Shown here: in pieces, positions 33,598-45,783 of the stretch | Position numbering within the stretch: the stretch's first letter is position 1 | How the letters are laid out: each line of letters starts with the position of its first letter | Assembly: GCA_002269645.1 (NCBI GenBank) | Contig: NIVC01002508.1 | Span: 1 to 64,000 of the forward strand | DNA from: Macrostomum lignano | Taxonomy: Eukaryota | DNA: 64,000 nt | Direction of reading: 5' to 3' | The notes under the pieces: model-generated | Seen by the model: only the letters and a program-made list of their open reading frames with translations | Databases searched by the model: none | Told to the model about the DNA's origin: nothing | Program-made: the position numbers and the translations under genes

Positions 33598-34928
33598 CGC
33601 GACGACTTGCCAGCCGACCAGCCAGTCAGCAAGCAAGCCAGCCGACCAGTCAGCCAGCCAGCCAACCAACCGACCTGCCGAACAGCCGACCAGCCAGTCA
33701 GCAATCAAGCCAGCCGACCAGTCAGCCAGCCAGCCGACCAGCCAGCCAGCTAGCCAGCCGAGCCGTAAGCGAGTCAGCCAAAGTTACGAGGAGACGTTTT
33801 TGACTTACCTAACCAACCGACCAGCTAAACGGCGTCAAAGTTCTGCATCGGTGGATACGGAGCGAAAGCTGTTCACCGTCAGAACTGACAGATCGGACTA
33901 CGCTATCTGGACCTATGAGCGTGACAGCTTGCATGGCACACGCTGGATTTCAGCAAGTGTACGTGTCGAAACTGAATCACTCGTTGATGATTAAAATTAA
34001 AATCTCATCATGCATTCCCCTCGTTCACTGCTGCAGATCCCCAACGCCTACATAGCTGTACTGGCATGTCAGGCTAAGTGTGGCATTACGCATCTGTACA
34101 ACTACGAGGTGGACACACTAGGGGACGCCATCCTGCAAGACGAACTTCAGACGAAGCTTGTGAATGCTAATAGGAAGGCAGGCTCCCGCATTCTTGTCGG
34201 CCCTCTGCTACTTAGCCATCACTTTTGCCTGCTCGTCATAGACTTACGACTGCGCAGTCTCGTTGTCATTGACCCGAAGGTCAGGCAGAGCGACGAGCTG
34301 ACTAAGAAATTCGTTATCGCTGTCAAGTAAGCTAAAGTTCTGTTGAAACAGTAAACTTGCTCCATTTCGACATGAAGGTCCAAAAGTTTGCGAAACACCC
34401 ACATTGCTACTTACCCCTAAACACCCACCTAATCTGCACGCAGCCAACTGCAACATCTTACTGGCTGGCCGACCCTGGACAAGCCTGCACGCATGCCAGG
34501 GCACTTCGTTCAGGAGGACAGCTACAGCTGTGGCATCCTGGTGTGCCTCTTTGCGGAGAGCGTCATTTATACGAAGCACACCGTCCTGCCAGAAGTCGTT
34601 CACAACCTCCCTTACCAGAGACTGCGCATCTGGAATACCTTGGTGAAGGCCGCCATCGGCTCAAGTGGCCTGTGCTTCACCTGTGGCGAGGAGGAAGTTT
34701 TTTTCGACTCGGCGGCACAGGAAGCCGGATGAATGGGTAAGAAACATTTGCACACAGCAGCAGTACACGTGTCAAAATTACCTTCCCCATGCCCCTTTAT
34801 CTTCATCACAGATTGCCTGTGATTCCTGTAAAGCCTGGCATCACCAGTTCTGCGTTGGAATCGCAAAGCTAGCACCGTCAAGGGTGTGGCACTGCCCCAC
34901 TTGCCGGCTCGAAAGGCAGACAGACTGA
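33593..34928 (+). CDS. Spliced Ulp1/C48-like cysteine protease + PHD finger; 5' end missing, one frameshift
   Basis: Introns 33959-34036, 34327-34443 and 34737-34811 (all GT..AG, in phase). Spliced product reads RWISAS|IPNAYIAVL, GPLLLSHHFCLLVIDL...VIDP (H, D), HFVQEDSYSCGILV (Q, C), then CFTC...DEW|IACDSC..WHHQFCVG...WHCPTC (PHD). +1 frameshift in T7 at ~34700. Confidence 0.8.
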
Positions 34929-35820
34929 TTGACGAATGGTAATTATCATGATCTGACTAGTCTGTTTCGAGTATCAGCTTGCAGCATTTACTTGCAGCAA
35001 TTTATAAGTACGCTCGTACAACACTTCTCTATAAAATCCACTGAAGTCGTTCCATTTTTGTCTTTATTCAACCGATAATTTTACGCAAGCATTAGATACA
35101 AAAATAAGTATGTCAAAAAAAGTCATCACGATTAATTATGTTACAAACTGTCTTGAATTTCATTAATTCAAGAATAAATTCATTTTGTTGGAGACCACTC
35201 AGTTGCGACATTGTCGTTTTTCACCGTTTATTACTGACATGCCCAGTCCTCTTATGTTTTATCCACAGAACTTACACAAAATGCTCAATCAGCGTTCTCT
35301 TTTTAGAATATAACTGAGTAGAAATAGATACGCGCTCACACTACTTTGTTGATGAAGAGGAATGAGTAGCCATATGTTAGTCTATGGCCAAAACATCGGG
35401 GTTTTCGCGAGTGCCTATGAGGCGAAGGCTTAAAGTTAGTTCTGTGTAAGTTCTGTGGTTTTATTTGCTGTTTAACGTAATGTTATCTTCATCAACTGAT
35501 TGCAATCTTTTGTCGTCAAGGACTATATTTTCTTAACTTGTAATAACAAATACATCGATAACGAAGGCTGAATAATTGAAAACTACGTTTGCATATAACA
35601 CGAGAGATTAAGAAAAAGAACATAAATTACACGTACGAATTTTACTGCCTTAATTGAGTTTAAAGGCAATAAAAACAGGGACTCAGCATACCAATAGCAT
35701 ATAAAAATGATAGCGCCCTATTGTTGTCAAAATCAATTACTGACACTGCGAATGTTGCACATTACTGAAAACAATTATTGCTAGCTTCATTACAACAGTT
35801 ATGTGCTTGCGACCTGCCTT

Positions 35821-36981
35821 TCACTTTGATGCCGATCTGCCGGTGGCCTTCGACTTCGATCCTGATCCGCCGGTGGCCTTCGACTTCGATCCTGATCTGC
35901 CGGTGGCCTTCGACTTCGATCCTGATCTGCCGGTGGCCTTCGACTTCGATCCCGATCCAGTGTTAGCCATTGATTTGCTGACGACGATGCTGCTTTTCTG
36001 CCATTTAGTTTTGCATGCTCTGTTTCTTATTTTCGTAGACGGAAGACGAGCAGCTTCCGAAGCTTCTCTTACGGCAGCTGCCGAAGCTTCTCTTACGGCA
36101 GCTTCCGAAGCTTCTCTTACGGCAGCTTCCGAAGCTTCTCTTACGGCAGCTTCCGAAGCTTCTCTTACGGCAGCTTCCGAAGCTTCTCTTACGGCAGCTT
36201 CCGAAGCTTCTCTTACGGCAGCTTCCGAAGCTTCTCTTACGGCAGCTTCCGAAGCTTCTCTTACGGCAGCTTCCGAAGCCTCTCTTACCGCAGCTTCCGA
36301 AGTCTCGCTTACGGCAGCTTCCGAAGCCTCTTGAATGTCATCATGATCTTGAAACTCTAGAGAAGCGGTTTCGTCACCTGCAGACTCAACATTTTCATTG
36401 ATCTCGCAGTCGTACGTGCTTTTGCCGAACTCAATTTCGGAAACATTACCAGAATTTATACTAAATTTCGTTGCTTTAACGCACTCTGCTTGAATCTGCT
36501 TAGTGCAGGCGATTGAAGCTCGAATGAGGCCTGCCAATGCAGGAGAAGCAAACGACTCTGCTCGCGTTAAATTCTTTAACGCCTTGATGATTAGTCCGTT
36601 AGCCATACCATCATCGTTACGCTCAATTACATCTACGCGCTTCCAATGGTGACCTTCAAGCCAGTCTCTGCCAGCCTCAACAGCACGAAGACGGTTCGAA
36701 TAATCTTGTCTCGCGTCGGACGATGTCTTTTTTTCAAAAAAACAGCTACGCCATCTACTAACGCCAAAGAAAGGCCTCCACAACTTAGATATTTGATGTC
36801 ACTCCCAGGAACTGTTGGCAGATTGGATATTGGATTCTAAAGCATTAACACTCAGATAACGAGCTGCTTCGCGTACGTTGCTAACGTTGACATTTAAACC
36901 AACAACTAGATCGACATCAGGGCAATCGCGCGGCAAGGGCCCCTGAGCTTCGAAAATGACGAACGGATCTTTGACGAAAGC
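35821..36981 (-). CDS. Terminal exon of an unknown protein with EASEAAVR (24-bp, ~11x) and SGSKSKATGR (30-bp, ~4x) repeats; one in-frame stop
   Basis: Splice acceptor TTTCAG at 36982. 66 in-frame codons (one TGA) precede ORF 35821..36783. The repeats keep the frame. Confidence 0.5.
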
Positions 36982-37039
36982 CTGAAATCAATTTTAGAGC
37001 AAATTTTACTGCACGATACTCACTCAGTACAAAAAAACA

Positions 37040-37700
37040 TTGATACTATTGATACTGGTAAAGAAGGCATACTTAAGGTGTCTAGGGCTAGTTTTATTCT
37101 AATTAAACAGCTAAAGGAGAGCTGTTTAAAGGAGAGCTGTTTGCAGAATGGACCTGCACATTATAGTAAACATATGGAAACATGAAAGCATGAAAATATT
37201 GTGTTTTCATGTTTAGTACTATCTATAGATAGTTTAAAGTAAAGAAGGTATTGATACTGGTAAACAAGGCATACTTAAGGTGTCTAGGGCTAGTTTTATT
37301 CTAATCAAGCAGCTAAGGTAAGAATGGACCTGCACATTATAGTAAACACATGGAAACATGAAAGCATGAAAATATTGTGTTTTCATGTTTAGTACTATAT
37401 ATAGATAGTTTAAAGTAAAGAAGGTATTGATACTGGTAAACAAGGCATACTTAAGGTGTCTAGGGCTAGTTTTATTCTAATCAAACAGCTAAGGTAAGAA
37501 TGGACCTGCACAGTATAGTAAACACATGGAAACATGAAAGCATGAAAATATTGTGTTTTCATGTTTAGTACTTTATAGATAGTTTAAAGTAAAGAAGCTA
37601 TTGATACTGGTAAACAAGGCATACTCGAATGGACCTATAAACATATAAAAACATAAAAGCACAAAAATATTGTGTTTTCATGTTTAGTACTAATAGTAGC
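37040..37700. repeat. ~166-bp tandem repeat, ~4 copies
   Basis: GAAGGTATTGATACTGGTAAACAAGGCATACTTAAGGTGTCTAGGGCTAG...GGAAACATGAAAGCATGAAAATATTGTGTTTTCATG repeated. Confidence 0.9.
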
Positions 37701-39858
37701 AGTTTACGTGAAAAGAAGGCTAAGAAAAATGGGGCGTGGTAGGTGCTTCCCGTGTCCTCACTCTTGGATCACTCACAAGTTCATCTCTTTCAACCTGATG
37801 GTCACGCATAATACAACTCGTGTTATGTGAAATGTTTAAACAATATAAGAAGGATAGTTAAGAATTTTTAGTATATGGATGTCAAAAGATTAATTTATTC
37901 AAATAAAATAGCTAAAGCTAAGGCTAAATAAATTGTGGACCTTATTAACTAGATTATGTATTAATATTATTGAAAATATGAAAATTATAATCTAACAGTA
38001 GTTTTGTCTTATAGTATTCAATGATAGGCCTAAGCGTAGAAAAGGTAGACTTTTGGAAATATAGGAAAAGGGTAAAGTAAGTTTAATAAAATTGTATGCA
38101 TGGCTTTCATTATATTTCATTATGTATATTATTATCAAATAACCTATTGAAATAGGTGTGATATGCCATTCAAGTCTAGAAAGAAAGCAATAATGAAAGA
38201 ATAGTTTTATAAAAAGGTAATCAATTCATATTTATTTAGATTTTAGTACTAGGTTTGCTAAAAAGAACATTAAATAATTAAATAATTTTATTCAAATTGT
38301 TATTAGTGGCAATATTTTGAGCTTTGAGATTTGACAAATAAATTTATATAGCTAGCTATAAAGTACAGGAGAGTAATAGCCCTCTTAGCCTAAGAAAGTA
38401 AATAAAGGCCTATACAAAGCATAACTTTTTTATAAATGTTAAAGTCTAAAACTTAATATGTAACATGTTGGATGGATATATAATATAGTTGAAAGAAAAA
38501 ATGATATTTGCGTAATGCCAAAGCTCATGTAAGACTTTGCTTTATACTTAATGTAATAGTAATAGGCATAGATACCTACCGACAAACCATTTTTAGTATT
38601 GGGAGGTTGAATGTAAAACTTAAAATATGTAAAACCTATATAAGTGAGGTGGGGATGGAGAAAGAATTTTCCTTCGCTTGGGTTTACTTTGAAATTTGCT
38701 GACACCAGTGAGGTGGGGCGGATTCCTCGTTTGAATTGCCGCCGACGTTGAGTTCGCACGAGTAAAGCCGGAAAATTCGCGCAGACGAATCACAACGTGA
38801 TCCTTCTCCTTTTACTCTGACAGCCGGGTTCTCAAGTCCGGGGGGAGGGTAGTCGTAATCGTAGCGGAGCGGTCGTGTAACGGCGCGGTCGTTCAAAGCG
38901 ATGAAAACACCGGAGATGCAGACACCGTAAATTATGTGTCGATTTGCTGAGCTTGTTACTTTCAGTAGGGTAGAGCTGCCACCACCGTAATTTACGTATT
39001 ACGGAACGAATAAGTCTCTGGGCTTTCTTTGAGCTGAGAAAACTTGGTTATTTAACGCCCCACGGGCAAAAGGCTCAAGATAGGCTATGGCTTAATGTCA
39101 ACGAATAAAAATATTAATAAATTGGCGGGATATTATTATTATTTATTAGCTTGAGCAGGATAAATTGATAAATTACTTATTGACGACGATGAATTCGGCG
39201 TGCCGCGGTGCGACGACTATTTAACTAGACAAGTGAAAATTGACAAACTTAACCAAACTAAAGATAGGCAAGACAAAGGTGAACTAAGCAAACAAAACGA
39301 GAGAGCGAGAGAGGGAAGAGGGAAAGAGGAAACAAGGGAAAACAAAAAAAACCACAAACAAAAAAAACGCACAAAACCCAGAACATAAACACACACACCT
39401 ATCCCAGCGGAAAAACCAACGTTGATTCAACGTTGTTGCCCTCCGTTGTCCCTCCGTTGGGCGTGTCTGGAGGAAAATCCGTTGATACAACGGCGGTTTA
39501 CCAACGGCAGTCCAACTGCGAATCAACGCTATTCCAACGGTCAAAATATTGTTAGAGGTGCTGATCCACGTGAAATAAAGTATGAAAAAAGCCAATTTTC
39601 GCAATCAAATGTGTCATGTCACTCATGTGTCCAAAAACGTTACATTTTAAAGTTGAGACATTTGGCAAAGATCTATATATTTGTCAAATGAAATTACAGC
39701 AAAGCAAAAAAATTTCTCGCATGCATACGCGTTTAAAGTCTCAGGGTTAGGTATAAGTGTAATCATTGGCAATTATTGCAAACTAAATTACTTGTTTATA
39801 GGATGATATGATGGCTTCAACAACGTTTTTTATAAATCATTTCTTTATTTTTGAATAA

Positions 39859-40140
39859 TCTAATATACTAAAAATGAAATGCTTGGTTGCTTGCTTGTAA
39901 TTGATTTTCTCCCGAACGGCTCAACCGATTTTCTTCAAACTTGCACCATTCGATCAGAAATTTTCCCGGGACGGTACATGCATATTGGCTAAGAAATTGC
40001 TCAATGTTAAAGGGATTAAATATTCGAAAAACATGATTTTTTGCAAAGGTCAAGCAGCTCTTTCGACCTGAAATGCATTGTAAGAATGCTAGAGAAAAAT
40101 CTGACTGGTTGAATTCTGATTCTGAAATAGATTGCATCAC
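39859..40140 (+). mobile_element. Helitron-like non-autonomous 5' fragment
   Basis: A|TCTAATATACTAAAAATGAAATG, (GCTT)n, CGGCTCAACCGATTTTCTTCAAACTT. Confidence 0.45.
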
Positions 40141-40398
40141 AATACACTTTATTTATCGTCTGTGTACTGGCTGAATTTGACACTCAATTGAATTGCGTCA
40201 CAGCTTTGAGGGTGAAAGTATAGTGCAGTACTGAATTTATATTACGTAACCATATTGTTAACTTTCATAGACACTGGTACTGACTTGCCTAAGAAATTGA
40301 TTATGTCATAACTGCTTCGCGTGACTTTTTACTCTACCTGACTTGGTGTGAGTGTTGAATTAATTATATAAGTGGTACAAATTCACTGATAACTTCGA

Positions 40399-40465
40399 TG
40401 AGAGCTAGCCTAGAGCTGAGCAGACCAGACTGCTAATGCAGCGACCTGGGTTCGAATCTAAGTAG
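40399..40465 (+). mobile_element. tRNA-derived SINE-like head, copy 1
   Basis: A-box-like TAGCCTAGAGCTGA and B-box GGTTCGAATC. Homologous to 42647-42710. Confidence 0.55.
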
Positions 40466-40529
40466 TTTAAAAGTAGTAGTGTAAAATTTTTTATTAAAAG
40501 CTTTTATTAAAGGACTAAATAAAAACACT

Positions 40530-42360
40530 TAGATTACTGCACTCGATAAGCTAAGGATTATTGCTCTTGGCAAACCAAGGAATACTGCACTCGATAAGCC
40601 AAGGATTATTGCTCTTGGCAAACCAAGGATTACTGCACTCGATAAGCCATGGATTATTGCTATTAATAAACCAAGGATTACTGCACTCGATAAGCCAAGG
40701 ATTATTGCTATTAATAAACCATGAATTACTGCACTCGATAAGCCAAGGATTATTGCTATTAATAAACCAAGGATTACTGCACTCATAAGCCATGGATTAT
40801 TGCTATTAATAAACCAAGGATTACTGCACTCGATAAGCCAAGGATTATTGCTATTAATAAACCAAGGATTACTGCACTCGATAAACCAAGGATTATTGCT
40901 ATTAATAAACCAAGGATTACTGCACTCGATAAGCCAAGGACTATTGCTATTAATAAACCAAGGATTACTGCACTCAATAAACCAAGGACTATTGCTCTTG
41001 GCAAACCAAGGATTACTGCACTCGATAAGCCAAGGACTATTGCTCTTGGCAAACCAAGGATTACTGCACTCGATAAGCCATGGATTATTGCTATTATTAA
41101 ACCAAGGATTACTGCACTCGATAAGCCAAGGATTATTGCTATTAATAAACTAAGGATTACTGCACTCGATAAACCAAGGATTATTGCTATTAATAAACCA
41201 AGCATTACTGCACTCAATAAACCAAGGACTATTGCTATTAATAAACCAAGGATTACTGCACTCAAAAAACCAAGGACTATTGCTCTTGGCAAACCAAGGA
41301 TTACTGCACTCGATAAGCCAAGGATTATTGCTATTAATAAACCAAGGATTACTGCACTCGATAAGCCAAGGATTATTGCTATTAATAAACCAAGGATTAA
41401 TGCACTCGATAAACCAAGGATTATTGCTATTAATAAACCAAGGATTACTGCACTCGATAAACCAAGGATTATTGCTATTAATAAACCAAGGATTATGCAC
41501 TTGGCAAACCAAGGATTACTGCACTCGATAAGCCAAGGATTATTGATATTAATAAACCAAGGATTACTGCACTCAATAAACCAAGGACTATTGCTATTAA
41601 TAAACCAAGGATTACTGCACTCAATAAACCAAGGACTATTGCTCTTGGCAAACCAAGGATTACTGCACTCGATAAGCCAAGGACTATTGCTCTTGGCAAA
41701 CCAAGGATTACTGCACTCGATAAGCCATGGATTATTGCTATTAATAAACCAAGGATTACTGCACTCGATAAGCCAAGGATTATTGCTATTAATAAACCAA
41801 GGATTACTGCACTCGATAAACCAAGGATTATGCACTTGGCAAACCAAGGATTACTGCACTCGATAAGCCAAGGATTATTGCTATTAATAAACCAAGGATT
41901 ACTGCACTCAATAAACCAAGGACTATTGCTATTAATAAACCAAGGATTACTGCACTCAATAAACCAAGGACTATTGCTCTTGGCAAACCAAGGATTACTG
42001 CACTCGATAAGCCAAGGACTATTGCTCTTGGCAAACCAAGGATTACTGCACTCGATAAGCCATGGATTATTGCTATTAATAAACCAAGGATTACTGCACT
42101 CGATAAGCCAAGGATTATTGCTATTAATAAACCAAGGATTACTGCACTCGATAAGGCATGGATTATTGCTATTAATAAACCAAGGATTACTGCACTCGAT
42201 AAGCCAAGGATTATTGCTATTAATAAACCATGAATTACTGCACTCGATAAGCCAAGGATTATTGCTATTAATAAACCAAGGATTACTGCACTCGATAAGC
42301 CATGGATTATTGCTATTAATAAACCAAGGATTACTGCACTCGATAGCCAAGGATTACTGC
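40530..42360. repeat. 1.8-kb minisatellite of related 24-bp units (CCAAGGATTACTGCACTCGATAAG / CCAAGGATTATTGCTATTAATAAA / CCAAGGACTATTGCTCTTGGCAAA)
   Basis: Units alternate A-B or A-C, with recurring higher-order blocks. Confidence 0.97.
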
Positions 42361-42379
42361 GCTTGATAAGCTTGGCTAC

Positions 42380-42620
42380 ATGTATAGGATTATTTCTATC
42401 CAGGGATGCTTGCTATTTAGGGATTCTTGCTATGTGCAGGATGCTTGCTATCTGGAAGGATGCTTCTACATTATTTGGGGTATGCTTGCTATCTGCAAGA
42501 TGCTTGCTATCTGCAAGATGCTTGCTATCTGCAGATGCTTGCTATCTGGGTGGATGCTTGCTAGGAGTATTAGGGGATGCTTGCTACTGGGGGGATGCTT
42601 GCTGTCTTGGGAATATTTTC
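42380..42620. repeat. Degenerate GATGCTTGCTATCT tandem repeats
   Basis: About 9 visible cores. Confidence 0.85.
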
Positions 42621-42646
42621 TATTTAGGGGTAATGACTAAAATTCA

Positions 42647-42710
42647 TGAGAGCTAGCCTAGAGGTAAACAGACTAAACTGCTAAATGCAGGGACGATGGT
42701 TCGAATTTTT
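42647..42710 (+). mobile_element. tRNA-derived SINE-like head, copy 2
   Basis: TAGCCTAGAGGTAA...GGTTCGAAT. Homologous to 40399-40465. Confidence 0.55.
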
Positions 42711-42769
42711 AGAGAGTAGAGTTTTTTTAATTAAAGCCTTTTAACGCCAAGACAAAAAAAATTATGGAA

Positions 42770-43640
42770 GCGCCATGTAAACAATCATACAAGCGTCATG
42801 TAAACAATCATAGAAGCGTCATGTAAACAATCATAGAAGCGTCATGTAAAAATCATAGAAGCGTCATGTAAAAATCATAGAAGCGTAATGTAAACAATCA
42901 TAGAAGCGTCATGTTAAAATCATAAAAGCGTCATGTAAACAATCATACAAGCGTCATGTAAACAATCATAGAAGCGTCATGTAAAAAAATCATAGAAGCG
43001 TCATGTTAAAATCATAAAAGCGTCATAAAAAATCATAGAAGCGTCATGCAAGCAATCATAGAAGCGTAATGTAAACAATCATAGAAGCGTCATGTTAAAA
43101 TCATACAAGCGTCATGTAAACAATCATACAAGCGTCATGTAAACAATCATAGAAGCGTCATGTAAAAAAATCATAGAAGCGTCATGTTAAAATCATAGAA
43201 GCGTCATGTAAACAATCATAGAAGCGTCATGTAAACAATCATAGAAGCGTCATGTAAAAATCATAGAAGCGTCATGTAAAAATCATAGAAGCGTCATGTA
43301 AACAATCATAAAAGCGTCATGTAAACAATCATAGAAGCGTCATGTATACAATCATAGAAGCGTCATGTAAACAATCATAGAAGCGTCATGTAAAAAATCA
43401 TAGAAGCGTCATGTAAAAATCATAGAAGCGTCATGTAAAAATCATAGAAGCGTCATGTAAAAATCATAGAAGCGTCATGTAAAAAATCATAGAAGCGTCA
43501 TGTAAAAATCATAAAAGCGTCATGTAAAAAATCATAGAAGCGTCATGTAAACAATCATACAAGCGTCATGTAAACAATCATAGAAGCGTCATGTAAAAAT
43601 CATACAAGCGTCATGTAAACAAGCATAGAAGCGTCATGAA
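42770..43640. repeat. 22-23-bp minisatellite ATCATAGAAGCGTCATGTAAA(C)A, ~38 copies
   Basis: Directly visible. Confidence 0.97.
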
Positions 43641-44605
43641 AAAATTATAGAAGCCTCATATAAAAACTAATGAAAGTGTGTCATTTAAAAAATTAAGAAG
43701 CATCATGGAAGAATAAAAGAAGCGTAACGTAAAAATCAAAAGAAGCGTCATGTCAGACATGAAAGAAATGTCATATAAAAATTAAATGAAGCTATAGTAC
43801 AGTGCTGTGCTGGGGAGAATTACTGAGACGTCAAGGCTCACAGAGAATAACTGAGATTACAGTGGGGTTTCTGAGATGTTAAAGCAAAAGTCAGAAGCTA
43901 CTTCAAAGTACATGTACTTTACTTAAGTTTTTTATTGCATTCTTTGTTGGCTTGCCACGGTGGGGGGGGCGCTGATAGAAGAAGAGTCATGTAAAAATAA
44001 AAGGAGCACTATGTATACATAAAATAAAAGTCATGTCATAGTTAAAAGATTCATTTGGGAATTGCTACGATGTCAAAGCTTGGAGGGAATCGTTATAGTG
44101 CTGTGATTCTTAAAGAAGGAATCACTTAAATGCCAAGGCTTAGGGAAGAAGAATTGCTGTGATTTCAAGGCTTTAGGTTGGGTGAAAGTTAGGTTTACGT
44201 CAGGTTTGGGTTGAGGGTTAGATTTTAGCGCGTTTCAAGGTTAACAGGGGATTTTTTAGATTTCAAGGTTTATGGGGGGCATCGCTGACATGTCAAGGCT
44301 TACGAGGGGAATCTATCTATCTATCTATAGCTGAGATGTCAAGGCTCACGGGGGAATAAATGAGATGTCAAGGCTAATGTCAGAAGCTACATGTAGTTTA
44401 TTGGAAAAAAGTTATTACATTATTTGTTGGCTCCTCACGGGAGGGATCGCTGATAGAAAAAGCGTAATGTAAAAAAAAAGAAGCTTCATGTCAAAGTTAA
44501 GAGATTCATTTGGGAATCCCTACGATGTCGAGGCTTGCAGGGAATCGCTATAATGCTGTAGTAGTGCTATAGACTCTTAGAGAGAATTACTGAAATTTCA
44601 ATGCT

Positions 44606-44639
44606 TTAGGGTTAGGGTTAGGGTTAGGGTTAGGGTTAG
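44606..44639 (+). repeat. Interstitial (TTAGGG)5 tract within a region of CTGAGATGTCAAGGCT repeats
   Basis: Directly visible. Confidence 0.9.
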
Positions 44640-45356
44640 AAAATAGACAGATTTTTTAAGATTTCAAGGCTTGTGGGAGCATTGCTGAGATGTCAAGGGG
44701 GAGTTGATATGTTAAGGCTTGTGGGGGGGATTGCTGACATGTCAAGGCTTACAAGGGTACTGGTAGCGTACTGAAGCATACTGGTAGAAGTAGCTCTGAA
44801 AGAAGGCAAGTATGGTTGAATTTCAATGTCTGTTATAAAATTCTGCACAAACATGTTTTATTGGTACATAAGCCTGGAATTAAAATGAGAATTCGATTCC
44901 TAGCCCCCCTCCCTAAGAATTTTTTTTCATTTAAAAGGATTCGTCCCTTGCTTATTGGCCACCCCGAAGGCCATTTTTTATCAAAAATGATAAAAATAAT
45001 TTTTATCAAACACGTTGACATATACAGGGCTCTAAACTAAAAACTGTAAAAAGTTGATAGTTTTGTTTTACCTAAAATGCGTTATTAACGATCTCCAAAA
45101 ATTCCTATTTTAAGCTTAAGCTTAAGAAAAACACTTAAAGTACTCCTGCTAAAAGGTATATTATATTAGACGAATATTAATTATTTCTGCTCCCCGAAGG
45201 GGGGCAAAACTTTAGCTAGTAACTAACTGACTGTGTCCAATGATTGTACTGCACATAAGCTAAGTAGCTAAATTGACACAACATACGATCAATATCCCAT
45301 TCTAGCCTGCTGATTATCTCAAATTGTACTGCTCACAGGTTATGACTCCAAACCAG

Positions 45357-45752
45357 TCACTCATCACTGTCAGCGTCGTAAATGATAGGGACCTTCTGAA
45401 CGGAACGTCGAACCTTGGCAGGCGGAGGGTCTTGCGATGTGCCAACTCTGGCTGCCGACGCCTGGCTGCCTGACTCCGTCGGACCTTGACGTCCACGACT
45501 TCGCCCGTCCTTGCCCAGCTTCAGCGCAGCAATGACTGCAAGCTCTACATCGCGGTCTTTTGGACGCTCAGCAGCATCGCGGTACATTGCCTTCATCGTC
45601 CCTAAAAGTATGTCACAAAAATACAATTATTAAACATAACTGATCTAAAACTAATAGGCCGTCTGATTTTAAAACCTATCAATACGTAAATCAAATGAAT
45701 TAAGAATCAGTATACTCAGTAATTAATTTCGATCATTGAATTTAATGTGATA

Positions 45753-45783
<31 letters not shown>

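Noticed and set aside
40529-42656. Long ORFs (up to 354 aa) on both strands of the 24-bp minisatellite
   Set aside because: A unit length divisible by 3 and lacking stops explains them. There is no non-repetitive coding flank.
40399-42710. Functional tRNA genes
   Set aside because: A and B boxes are present but there is no 3' acceptor-stem pairing or complete cloverleaf. Treated as SINE-like heads.
40530-43640. CRISPR-like appearance of regularly spaced repeats
   Set aside because: The intervening units are themselves repeats with no unique spacers, there are no cas genes and the context is eukaryotic. These are minisatellites.
44606-44639. True chromosome end
   Set aside because: Only five units, internal to the window and inside a TIR-bounded element.
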